Shown one piece after another: positions 10,301 through 17,010 of a DNA stretch of 28,777 bases. Source of the DNA: a virus (lineage: Duplodnaviria; Caudoviricetes); IMG/VR virus record IMGVR_UViG_3300046714_000423, positions 1 through 28,777 of that record; one strand, 5' to 3'. The notes below the pieces were generated by a model. That model had not been told where the DNA came from. It was given only the letters and a program-made list of their open reading frames with translations, and made no database searches. Within the stretch, counting starts at the first letter, position 1. Every line of letters begins with the position of its first letter. Position numbers and translations under genes: made by a program.

Positions 10301-11541
10301 CCCACCGCGCCGATTCCCTTGCCCGTGTATTTGAGCAGGGTCGGGGCTGCGAGCCCGATGGCCGCGACGGGGTTGTGATAGATGAGCGCGGCCTTGCCGA
10401 GACCGCCCAGATTGCTGGCCGCTTTCCCGGCGACTTCGCCGAGTTTTTCTGTCCCGGCACCGATTTTCTCGATGCCCTTTCCGGCGAGTTCGACAGTGCC
10501 ACCGGCCGCGCGTTCGAGGACCGCGTTGGTCACCTTCGCGAAGGCCTCCGCTGCCGCGGGGGAGATGGCCTTGCCGAGCAAAAACTTTCCGGACTTGCTG
10601 ACGACGCCGATTACGCCGCCGACAGGCACCAGGAACATCGGGTCCTCGATGACCGACAGCTTTTTGATGGCTTCGGGGTCGAGCGTGACGCCGGAGGCCT
10701 TGAGGCTCTCCTGGTCGGTGCCGAGTGCGTGCGCGAGTTCACCGTTGCCCGCGGCTGCGGCGAGTTCTTTTCGCTTGAAGTCTGCGTCGTAGGCCAGACG
10801 CTCACGGATATTTTCCGGGCGCGGCAAAAGTTTCGAGGTGAGCGTCGTCACCCAGTGTTGCTGCGCGGAATCGAAGGCATCGACGACTTCCGCGGCGCGC
10901 GCGGCGGTCTCCTTGAGGTCCCCGGCGGAGAGCGCACCAGCGGCTTTTCCGGCGGTAGTGAAAACTTGGCCCACGCCCTTTCCGAGTTCGCCGATGAACT
11001 CCCCGGTGCCCTTGACGATTTTTCCAACCGTCTTCGCGGTCTCAATCGGATGAAATGGCGCGGTGGCGACGGCTTTCGCGAATTGGCCCGCAGTCATGCG
11101 CTCCTTCTCGCGCTGCTCGTAGGCGTCTTCGACCAGCTTCAGGGCCTGCGGGTCGGCAAGAAGCGCGTCTGTGTTCTTCGCGTAAAACTCGACCGGGTTG
11201 AACTCCGACTTGTCTTTCACCAAGTCTTCGACCTTCGAGGACTTCAGCTTGGCGATGTCGTAGCCGCGCGATTCACCTGCGGGAGCCGCCCCGGCAAAGG
11301 GGTCCGCGGTTTTGACCTCAGTCGCTCCTGCGTATGGGTCCTCCGGGGCCTTCTCGGGAATCATCGGCTGCGGCGGGGCCTCTCCACGTCCCGCGGGGGT
11401 CGCCGCAAAAGGCGGGAGGATGTTCGTCGTCAGCGCCTGGGCGGCGTAGGGGTTCACCGCTTCGAGCGCGCCCGCATACGGGTCAGCCGCCGATGCTGCG
11501 GTCTCGCCCGCCACCGGCAGGAGTGTTTTGGTCTCGGCCAT
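4303..11541 (-). CDS. Giant polyvalent / DNA-ejection (internal virion) protein, 2412 aa, with zincin, GNAT, ADP-ribosyltransferase and HhH-glycosylase-like domains
   Basis: Third and largest of three ejection-type genes. Motifs: GHELYH plus downstream EEAAAE (zincin); VEKKFRGKGLGEALY (GNAT motif A); VYHGT...GYYFTS...GFDGII...YIAFKPEQIKSATGN (ART of polyvalent proteins); WY...ATSPQ...GPKTPNF..NL.G...TIDVWAMR (HhH-GPD-like). Confidence 0.85.
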   Translation of the reverse strand: MAETKTLLPVAGETAASAADPYAGALEAVNPYAAQALTTNILPPFAATPAGRGEAPPQPMIPEKAPEDPYAGATEVKTADPFAGAAPAGESRGYDIAKLKSSKVEDLVKDKSEFNPVEFYAKNTDALLADPQALKLVEDAYEQREKERMTAGQFAKAVATAPFHPIETAKTVGKIVKGTGEFIGELGKGVGQVFTTAGKAAGALSAGDLKETAARAAEVVDAFDSAQQHWVTTLTSKLLPRPENIRERLAYDADFKRKELAAAAGNGELAHALGTDQESLKASGVTLDPEAIKKLSVIEDPMFLVPVGGVIGVVSKSGKFLLGKAISPAAAEAFAKVTNAVLERAAGGTVELAGKGIEKIGAGTEKLGEVAGKAASNLGGLGKAALIYHNPVAAIGLAAPTLLKYTGKGIGAVGEAVQGAAPTIGKIGLEGAKGAAEGAALSVPLFIGSTPEEREGLLGMIGGAGALRAGGAALGLGTHAAGQAAQEKLASKVFEAVDRGPIKDSPYYGTDQKLDAAHNEQVQSLPPGQQSVVNWAREFFRDAGVEIYALDNKTFQNHVPNVAGAAAAEGFFTTRGERINADGTRQPVVQVLLNGETNGLGHELYHAFKSLDPASAQALESHISKTWSPEEQTWIADTYNAALNGGKPKSQWTVEYDKKQILEEAAAEVFGRVLNATDLSGVRPSVVKRATEFASRALDKMGYPLAGKALPAGPGVSALGVRPGHSELKVARDFLGDMAQRVKEGTLSPPKPIARGPENAPGAPRTSPKAAAPPSPSEPPPAAPAPKPATPPPGPAPAAPAENLTPNIRVTPKEQLDYAAERSQVTNADTALAKAAPEQRPAVQTINDSMANGHGVEIVHKGVVREGGPSPEKPVARGTRRAEQEEAYIAEAMGGVPDDIREQHQKVLFGTRWQETGKSGLQLTARSLDKVLANVKNAADMAADKKVALPYEVDAAGKLTEAGWHEVVQDLKDYWGNQDRGFRGDGERLVRPATDIGVSLPPEDPRGPAATLTPEKTDFLNLVQGLNIPETPRQTKGKIPGNVKGQLLAEAQGRKPATPAGFTAADVQRATFKPIEGVAGIRSIAEVNPLRNELRAAGAPVGNLIEVTENVNLKNIESVTPRPDVPGSGGSTDIARAGFSVNDVKAEVARRLEEKRKAGVAPTEIERRKTQQEVERDLRGGKKLGPGEAAGFFSVKTVDDAKKILDQPPEEWTKTAQNFKGGLTQEAYRLGLGLTDRADLATLADYAKKANDEGRAAMADGDMDGAMASIMKGQFFREAWEAAQGIASAKVGIKRSPEFEGAKPPFLAEGQSFSPATAKGQELEKQGFDFKFIGDKGDRTVVVKKDGESVGYLNATTSETRPNVADVAMTNVEKKFRGKGLGEALYREMFAQLQKDGIEHVEGMVVAPEPIAIRNKIFGGRFEKLEGGGEPLSVPDALLTAADIKKGASTYVPGIDVVNRIRPEDRFSVRRKEEAATPVNSEGETRPYDVIWKPRKEGKTVIKQKVQATSPEEATAKANIPEGAHHVSTEKTYAPGINPEQKVQDSFSPALAGAEPSKASQEKARKAWVEQGTESPYFKKWFGKSEVVDPYKPSDPLVVYHGTTHEFTEFKPDRGNLDNDFGKGYYFTSSAEDVGRNYAGEGPDLTQRIEETADRIQQDHEDISRDEALVQAKKQVAGQHEGAVIPAYLAIKKPFRVGMRVSGVEETRLTTNFRGTGTLDKFLKSLEEQGIQYDSDIYAGLEEIRNTVDYDHITASQLIKTIRDSEHFMAEDPETGKLVRSQMVREALEAAGFDGIIDETVSDKFKGMQLQPDTVHYIAFKPEQIKSATGNVGTFRKTSTDMRFSPSRVPTDKEITTALSEDKKPLVGAARDLKPGTPVGLRIDIPAYTRSGTYVITVHEKAKGGNVGKRIGYDSIATVDNPTFFSNEKGAEKIRAGAAKFPIATVEGEYNPSREIPSGPEWTEAGYNPTKHSYFYEKGTEEPVVSGSQAVSVGNSVFVKDAKFGNKADYSFSAAPEKGGGEVPEERIAQARTGEHVTQKKIPGTPEYNAFVENKIAKSKNFPEAHPLEFRKDKNGNYLAEWDGEPLPVSRPYNLLKSDLAEKSGGKKEFEQALADKLEHEYHEAKKDPAIAEGEFWYSRFREKVGHFFGDDSKFFAELLGATSPQQGVGPNFKDALEAYNRFKRGDYDGMLAKYREGQKKFADGDLAEFTAETGKKGAKADKKSFMSWWQKKNNLIPTKANGKKFGMNSRAVMKVLDRSWLEGVEGPKTPNFTGNLAGTTFKATIDVWAMRTLHRLANEGSGKPWRIQPSNETGVADPEFYFGQDVFQNAADKLGIKADALQAIIWFAEKDRWEKRGWTAAAGKAKSDYNTLLDRTTKSPEGQFTITPEDVKPKAAKKAKTIEASDVQEKK

Positions 11542-12950
11542 TATGGTCGAAAGTTGGGGTTGACCAGGAGGCGCGGCGGGTTCTCCGTCGTCTTGAAGAA
11601 CTGCACGTTGCTAGGGACCTCCGCGAGGCTAGAAAAGGCCGGGGCGGAGTTGGATTGTTCGACAGTCGGGCGCGGCGCTTGCGCGGGCGTCGCGGTGGGC
11701 ACGCCCTGTGCGGCGGCGTGGCCCTCGAGGAGCGCGCGGTGTTCGAGCGGGACCACCGTTCCGGGCGGGAGGCCCGCGGCGCGTTCGCGTTCGGCGTATT
11801 GCTTGATGCGAGGAGCGAGGTTCTGCACCTGCCCCTGATAAACCGGGGCGGCGGCTTCGCGCATTTCCTTGCGCTGTTCGGGCGTCAAAATCTGGCCGGT
11901 GAGCGCTTGGTTGTAAAAGTTGCGGACCTTGTCCGGGATGCCGCGGGCGTTTTTCGCCGAGGCGTATTCGCCTTCGCGGACTGTCGAGCCGGGGTCGAGG
12001 ATTTTCATCCACGAGAAAATTGCGGCTTGGTCGCGCAACGGCGTCGGCGGGATGGCCGGGTTCGGGTCGGTCGCGGAGATGAGTTTGTTGTAGGACGCGT
12101 CCACCTTGTCGAAGTCGTGCAGCGCCGGGAGGGCGTTGTATTCCTTCGCGAGTTTCTCGGCGTCTGCTGCGCGTTGTTCGGGCTCTTTCGCCGCCGCCTG
12201 GGCCTTCGCTTTGCCGAACTCCGCCAGCGTCTGAAACTGAATCGCCTGGAGTTGCTGGTGCGTGAGCGCTTGGTCCGTGCGGAGCCGCAGTTCGTGGTCG
12301 TATTCGGGCGTCCCGGGCTTGAGTTCGCGCGTCTGGTTTTTCGCGGTCTTGACGGCGACCTGATATTCCTCGCCCTTGTCTCCCTTGAGGCGGAGATTCG
12401 TTTCGTAGGCCGCGCGCTGTGCGGGCGTGCCTTCAAAAGCGTTGACCTGTCGGTTGACCCAGGAGTCAAACTCCTCGGGCTTCGCGCCAGTGAGCACTTC
12501 GAGCTTCGGTGTGGCGGTCCCGAAAACCTGAATGGCCGCGAGTTGGTTCTGGCGATGCTGGTAGGCCTCGCGCGCGGGAAGTGCCACGGACGGGTCCGGG
12601 TCGTTCAACTGGTTCAGCAAAGTCTGCTGCGTGGTTCCGCCCGTCGTCTGCGCCTTCGTGAGTTCGCGTTGAAGCGGGCGCACCTCGTTGATGTCGATGT
12701 TCGCCTGTTCCGCGGCGGATTTCGCGGCGACGTTCTGCGCGGCCTCCGCTTCGTATCCGGACGTGCCGACGGCTTGGCGGCGTTTGATGTCTTCCGCGGT
12801 GATGACGCCCGTTTTGTAGGCGTTCATGAAATCCTGGAACTCCGGCAGGTGGCCGAGCGAAGACACGTTGACGGGCGGCTGCGTGTCAACGGTGCCCGCG
12901 ATTCCTGCGGACTGGATTTGGGCTGGGACTAGGTCTGCGATGCCGGGCAT
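11541..12950 (-). CDS. Probable DNA-ejection / internal virion protein (469 aa)
   Basis: Helical Ala/Gln-rich protein with DQAAIFSWMKILDPGSTVREGEYA, a motif type I recognise from podophage injection proteins. Lies between the small and giant ejection genes. Confidence 0.7.
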   Translation of the reverse strand: MPGIADLVPAQIQSAGIAGTVDTQPPVNVSSLGHLPEFQDFMNAYKTGVITAEDIKRRQAVGTSGYEAEAAQNVAAKSAAEQANIDINEVRPLQRELTKAQTTGGTTQQTLLNQLNDPDPSVALPAREAYQHRQNQLAAIQVFGTATPKLEVLTGAKPEEFDSWVNRQVNAFEGTPAQRAAYETNLRLKGDKGEEYQVAVKTAKNQTRELKPGTPEYDHELRLRTDQALTHQQLQAIQFQTLAEFGKAKAQAAAKEPEQRAADAEKLAKEYNALPALHDFDKVDASYNKLISATDPNPAIPPTPLRDQAAIFSWMKILDPGSTVREGEYASAKNARGIPDKVRNFYNQALTGQILTPEQRKEMREAAAPVYQGQVQNLAPRIKQYAERERAAGLPPGTVVPLEHRALLEGHAAAQGVPTATPAQAPRPTVEQSNSAPAFSSLAEVPSNVQFFKTTENPPRLLVNPNFRP

Positions 12951-12956
12951 AAAAGG

Positions 12957-13952
12957 TTACGAGTAGGCTCCACGGAGGTTTGCAATCGCTTGGCCGGATG
13001 TCACGCCGCCAGAGGCTGCGCTGGGCCCGCCGAGGCTGCCGCCGTATGCGCCGAGAGCCGACGTGGCGAACTGGCCTGCCGCTCCGATGTAGGCTGCGTT
13101 TGCTTCGCCTTGCGCGAGGGCTTGCTGCGCGGAGACTGCGCCGCGTTGGCCACGAATCTTCATGAGCGCGTTGCCCCGGTTGATTTGCAGGTTGGCCGCT
13201 TCTGCTCCGGTGAGTCCGGCCTGCGGGAGGTTCTGGTCGCCGATGCCGAACGTGGACGCCGCGATGCCGCGCTGCGTCGCTTCGCTCTGGCTGATGGTCG
13301 GGAAAATGGATGACAGGATTTTCGCGCGAGACTCCTGGAGACCGGCGGCGGTGCCCGCGAGGCTCTGGGCTTCCTGCTGGCGCTGGGCTTCGAGCGCGAC
13401 GCCCGCGCTGCCGAGCGCTTGGTAGAGCCGCCCGCCGACGGTGCCCTGCGTGGGCTTGAGTCCGGCTTGTGCGCCCTGGCTCACGCCTGCGCGGACCAGC
13501 TCCGCCTGAAATTCGGGCGGAAGAGTAGCGCCTTGCGCCAGCTTTTCCTGCGCCTTGCCTATGATTTGGTCCTTGAGTTTCTCGAGCCCTTCGCTGGGCT
13601 TGATGTTCTCCTCGAAAAGTTGCTTGGCAACCTGGACAGACTCGCGGCTCGCTTCGGGTTGCTGCGCCTGCGCGAGTAGCTGTTGCTTGCCGAGCTGACG
13701 CATCTGCGCCAACTCCGGGTCGATTTCTTCCTGTAGCCGGATGCGTTCCTTCGCGCGGTTGCGCTCCGCATCGACGGAGGCTTGCTGCACCTTGTCGTAG
13801 CCGAGTTCCTCGCTGAGGATTTTCTTCTGGCCCTTGAGGGCAGTCTTCTGCGCGCCCGCGGCCTTGTCGGCGGCTTTCTTTTTCGCGTAGGCTGACCCGG
13901 CGGCGGCAGCCGCGGCTGCCCCGGCCACGACTAATGCAGTTACCACACCCAT
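12957..13952 (-). CDS. Probable DNA-transfer / pilot ejection protein (331 aa)
   Basis: Hydrophobic Ala/Gly N-terminus (MGVVTALVVAGAAAAAAAGSAY) followed by KKAA, a Gln-rich coiled region and a Gly-rich tail. Architecture and position match P22 gp7 / T7 gp14-like proteins. Confidence 0.7.
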   Translation of the reverse strand: MGVVTALVVAGAAAAAAAGSAYAKKKAADKAAGAQKTALKGQKKILSEELGYDKVQQASVDAERNRAKERIRLQEEIDPELAQMRQLGKQQLLAQAQQPEASRESVQVAKQLFEENIKPSEGLEKLKDQIIGKAQEKLAQGATLPPEFQAELVRAGVSQGAQAGLKPTQGTVGGRLYQALGSAGVALEAQRQQEAQSLAGTAAGLQESRAKILSSIFPTISQSEATQRGIAASTFGIGDQNLPQAGLTGAEAANLQINRGNALMKIRGQRGAVSAQQALAQGEANAAYIGAAGQFATSALGAYGGSLGGPSAASGGVTSGQAIANLRGAYS

Positions 13953-14471
13953 CTATTTATCCTCCAACACTTTACGTTGCTTAGTCAAGGTTCGGTGGCA
14001 ATTCGAGCACACCACTTGACATTTTGCGATTTCGTCTATGCAGGCCGACAGGCCATATGACGTGCCATCGCACCCGATGTTAAATCGCTTTTCCCTACCC
14101 GGAAGGTGGTCCCAGTCTAAACACTCAGCGGGGAACATCCCACCGCAGATGTAGCAGCCCCGCTCGACCTTCAGAAGGTCAATCTTCCTCCGGGTATCCG
14201 CCCTCTTCTCGGCCTCTCGTATCCCCACCTCGGGGTTCTCGGCCACCCGTCGATAGCCCTCTTCCCGCTCCCGCCATTCGGGGTCAACCGCACGTCGAAG
14301 TCTGCGCCCCGTGTTCTCTTTCTCCGCCTGCGCCCCCATCCTCCACTTCCGTCGATTGGCATTGATGCAATCTCCGCAGCAAGCCGACGGGATTTTGCTG
14401 CCGTGAGAGTTCTTCATTGGGAACTCACCCGATTCTTTCTCCGCCCCACATTTTGTGCAGATTTTTGTCAT
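13953..14471 (-). CDS. Free-standing HNH homing endonuclease (172 aa)
   Basis: MTKICTKCG...CCGDC zinc finger and GCYICG...LDWDH...KCQVVCSNCHR HNH core. Lower GC than neighbours. ATG at 14471 preferred over the track start. Confidence 0.85.
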   Translation of the reverse strand: MTKICTKCGAEKESGEFPMKNSHGSKIPSACCGDCINANRRKWRMGAQAEKENTGRRLRRAVDPEWREREEGYRRVAENPEVGIREAEKRADTRRKIDLLKVERGCYICGGMFPAECLDWDHLPGREKRFNIGCDGTSYGLSACIDEIAKCQVVCSNCHRTLTKQRKVLEDK

Positions 14472-14478
14472 AACGCCA

Positions 14479-14507
14479 AGCGTAAATGAATCGGCGAGGG
14501 CCGTCAA
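14479..14507 (-). promoter_or_regulatory. Sigma70-like promoter for the HNH gene
   Basis: TTGACG (14507-14502), 17-nt spacer, TACGCT (14484-14479), then 7 nt to the ATG. Confidence 0.55.
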
Positions 14508-14962
14508 CTTTCCTTCCTGAACGTCTGCTCTAGCAGCGAAAAACCTCGCGACTCATAGAGCTTCTGCAACCCCGCGCCCATGTGGGCGAAGTGGACCATC
14601 AAAATCTCGCTGCACCCGCGTGCTTCGGCTTGCTCTTCGAAGTGGTCGAGGAGCATCAGGCCCGCGCCGGTTTTCCGGAACTCGGGCAGCACATACCAGA
14701 ACATCTCCGATGCCGTGAGCACTCCGGAAAAGGGGTCGTTCAAAAACGAGGCACCGAGGGCCGCGATTATTTTCTGGTCGCGCGTCACGGGGCCGGAAGA
14801 CCACACGACGTAAATCTCGCCATAGCCGGAATCGAGGAGGCTGCCCCACGCATTGGCAAACGAGCACTCACTGAAGGCCGCGCGGCCCACCTCTTCGGTG
14901 AACGCGTGCCCAATCGGGAACAGGAACGGGAGCTGGTCTGATAGCAGTGGTGTGACTTTCAT
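14504..14962 (-). CDS. GNAT-family acetyltransferase (152 aa)
   Basis: EMFWYVLPEFRKTGAGLMLL (motif A) and LQKLYESRGF (motif B). Sits just before the ejection genes, like T7 gp13 / P22 gp14-type genes. Confidence 0.85.
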   Translation of the reverse strand: MKVTPLLSDQLPFLFPIGHAFTEEVGRAAFSECSFANAWGSLLDSGYGEIYVVWSSGPVTRDQKIIAALGASFLNDPFSGVLTASEMFWYVLPEFRKTGAGLMLLDHFEEQAEARGCSEILMVHFAHMGAGLQKLYESRGFSLLEQTFRKES

Positions 14963-15564
14963 GATTGCACGTCAAAGAAACCTACGTTGATGAGCCGGGC
15001 CGTTTCCTTGCTCTTGCCGAACGCCTCGAACGGCCAGCGGCTGTGCCACTGTGAGCAGGGGAAACAAATGCACTTGTTGAACTTCATCTCCGCGAAATGA
15101 ACCTGCTCCCACGCGTCGGCGTTCTGCATGTCTTCGCGGAGCATCTCGTAGATTCGCTTCTTGGACTTCCCCGTCTTGAGAACGTCTCCGTCCGTGGGGA
15201 ACCCGAGCCACTGATATTTTCGGTGAATCCAAAACGCGGTGCCGCCCTTGCAGTCCTGCGGGCGGCTCAGGTAAAGGATGTAGGCGAACGGAGAAAAAGA
15301 CTCGTCCGTGTGAATCGCGTTGTTCGGCAGTTCGTCCGCAAAGTTCATGCGCGCGAGGCACAGGTCGATGGTCACCGGCTTTTTCAGCCCGGCCTCGAGG
15401 TGCGGCCGAATCTCGCTCGGCGGGCGGACGTTGACGTGCTTGTAAATCTCTCCGTCGCTGTGCCGGATGTTGTAGAACTCCTGGGCAGCCAAAAAGTCCC
15501 GATACGCCTCGGCGTTCGGCAGAAAATCTTCGAAGGTTTGAACTCGAAGTTCTTTCCAGCTCAT
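14959..15564 (-). CDS. 2OG-Fe(II) oxygenase superfamily protein, DUF6445-like (201 aa)
   Basis: HTD iron-binding motif, ILYL, GGTAF, FNKCICF, distal H (WHSR) and terminal R (ARLINVGFF). ATGA overlaps at both ends. Confidence 0.8.
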   Translation of the reverse strand: MSWKELRVQTFEDFLPNAEAYRDFLAAQEFYNIRHSDGEIYKHVNVRPPSEIRPHLEAGLKKPVTIDLCLARMNFADELPNNAIHTDESFSPFAYILYLSRPQDCKGGTAFWIHRKYQWLGFPTDGDVLKTGKSKKRIYEMLREDMQNADAWEQVHFAEMKFNKCICFPCSQWHSRWPFEAFGKSKETARLINVGFFDVQS

Positions 15565-16613
15565 ACTTTCACCAGTGACCAAAACCAAACGGTCGGTTGG
15601 ATATTCGGGTGTCCCTCGGCCACGCCCGTGTAGTCGCCCCAATCGGTGAGAGAAAGCTGGCGGCTCGTGATGAGCTGCGTCCCGGCGGGCCCGTCGCCTG
15701 CCGTGCCGTCGTGTGTCCCGTCGCTTCCGCCGTCGCCGTTCACCTCGAAATAATTCGGCGGGATGATGGGCGGGAGGTTGATGGTGTCCGCGTTTTTCCC
15801 GCGGTGTAGCTGGACCGTGTTGCCGGAGTGCAGCGCGGTCGCGTGTCCCGTCAAGTGCGTGTGCTGCTCGATTTGCGCGGACGTCAGGACCACCGTCTCG
15901 GAGCCGTCTTGTTCGCCGGAGTCGCGGGGCGTGATGCCGCTGTCGGTCGCGAACACGTCGGTGCCGTCTTGCGTCGCGACACCTAAAACTTTTCCACGGA
16001 CGGTCTGGTCATCCTTACCGAGATACTGCCATCCGGGATTGAAAGTGAGTGCGTCAGACAGGAGCGACTGCGCCACGAACTTGATGTCGCCCGGGCTTCC
16101 GCTAACGGTTCGCCAGGAGCCGCGTTCCCAGTGAATCAGTGCGTTGATGCTCGTGTCCCAGAATTCTTCCAGGTCCACGGGGTTCGTCGGACGCTGAGCC
16201 GTCGTGCCGCTCGGGGGCGGGTTCACCAGCGCGCGCCACTCGGTGCCGTCGAAAGCATACCAGCCGATGGCCCGGGTTTCGAACGTGCGAAGCCAGAGCG
16301 TGGGGTCGCCGGGCTGCGGCGGGATGGCCGGAGTGTTGGGGCCGATGACGAAAAGGTTGAGGGACGCGCTGATGTCGAGCGGAACGTATTTCCCCTGGTT
16401 GATGTCGAAGACCCACCACTGCGTGCCACCCTTGAGCCAGGGGCCGACGTTCGAGCTGGGCTCGGAGTCGCCGACGACGAAAAATTCGGTGCCCTGCGGC
16501 GACTGGATTTCCATGCGCTCGACAAGTGCCTCGAAGAACTCTTGCGGGTTGCCCTTGAAGTCGGGCGGGAGTTGCGCGGCGACGATGACGAGGTTGGTCT
16601 TAAACAGTGACAT
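15561..16613 (-). CDS. Tail fibre / tail-collar-like structural protein (350 aa)
   Basis: PGDIKF...GW, GSETVVLTSAQIEQHTH and terminal HPNIQPTVWFWSLVK match the collar/short-fibre pattern. Also SGTTAQRP and Trp-rich strands. Confidence 0.7.
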   Translation of the reverse strand: MSLFKTNLVIVAAQLPPDFKGNPQEFFEALVERMEIQSPQGTEFFVVGDSEPSSNVGPWLKGGTQWWVFDINQGKYVPLDISASLNLFVIGPNTPAIPPQPGDPTLWLRTFETRAIGWYAFDGTEWRALVNPPPSGTTAQRPTNPVDLEEFWDTSINALIHWERGSWRTVSGSPGDIKFVAQSLLSDALTFNPGWQYLGKDDQTVRGKVLGVATQDGTDVFATDSGITPRDSGEQDGSETVVLTSAQIEQHTHLTGHATALHSGNTVQLHRGKNADTINLPPIIPPNYFEVNGDGGSDGTHDGTAGDGPAGTQLITSRQLSLTDWGDYTGVAEGHPNIQPTVWFWSLVKV

Positions 16614-17010
16614 TGGCTAATGGGGTGGGAAGCGTCTCGCCGAAGTTCGGCTCGATGCCCGTCACCTTGTAGTAATAGGTGCCCGGAACGAGCCCGACGT
16701 CAACATACGAGTTTTCCCCCAAATTGCTGGTGAGGAGGGTGAAAGGCCCGGCGGGGTTGGTCGCCCGGTAAACCACGTAGCTGAACACATAGCTCACCTG
16801 GGGCCAGTTCAGGGAAACGTCAGTGCCCACGACAATCGCCTCGAGAGAGTCCGGGCCGGGGCGACGGAAAACGGGCTCGATGTCGATGTTGCCCGCGGCG
16901 GACGCGCCGGACCCGCTCAACGGGATGGGCAGCTCGCAGATGCCGGGGCTCTTGTAGAAGAGCGAGATTGCCCGGCGGGTAATCGGGCGGAGAGAATTAA
17001 GGTTGTTCAT
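16600..17010 (-). CDS. Fibronectin type III-domain virion protein (136 aa)
   Basis: VSLNW...SYVVYR...YVDVGLVPGTYYYKVTG is the FN3 signature. Confidence 0.8.
   Translation of the reverse strand: MNNLNSLRPITRRAISLFYKSPGICELPIPLSGSGASAAGNIDIEPVFRRPGPDSLEAIVVGTDVSLNWPQVSYVFSYVVYRATNPAGPFTLLTSNLGENSYVDVGLVPGTYYYKVTGIEPNFGETLPTPLANVTV

Noticed and set aside
5101-12932. Long antisense ORFs (389, 479, 684, 532 aa) opposite the ejection genes
   Set aside because: Typical stop-poor antisense frames of high-GC3 genes. The minus-strand frames carry the recognisable motifs.
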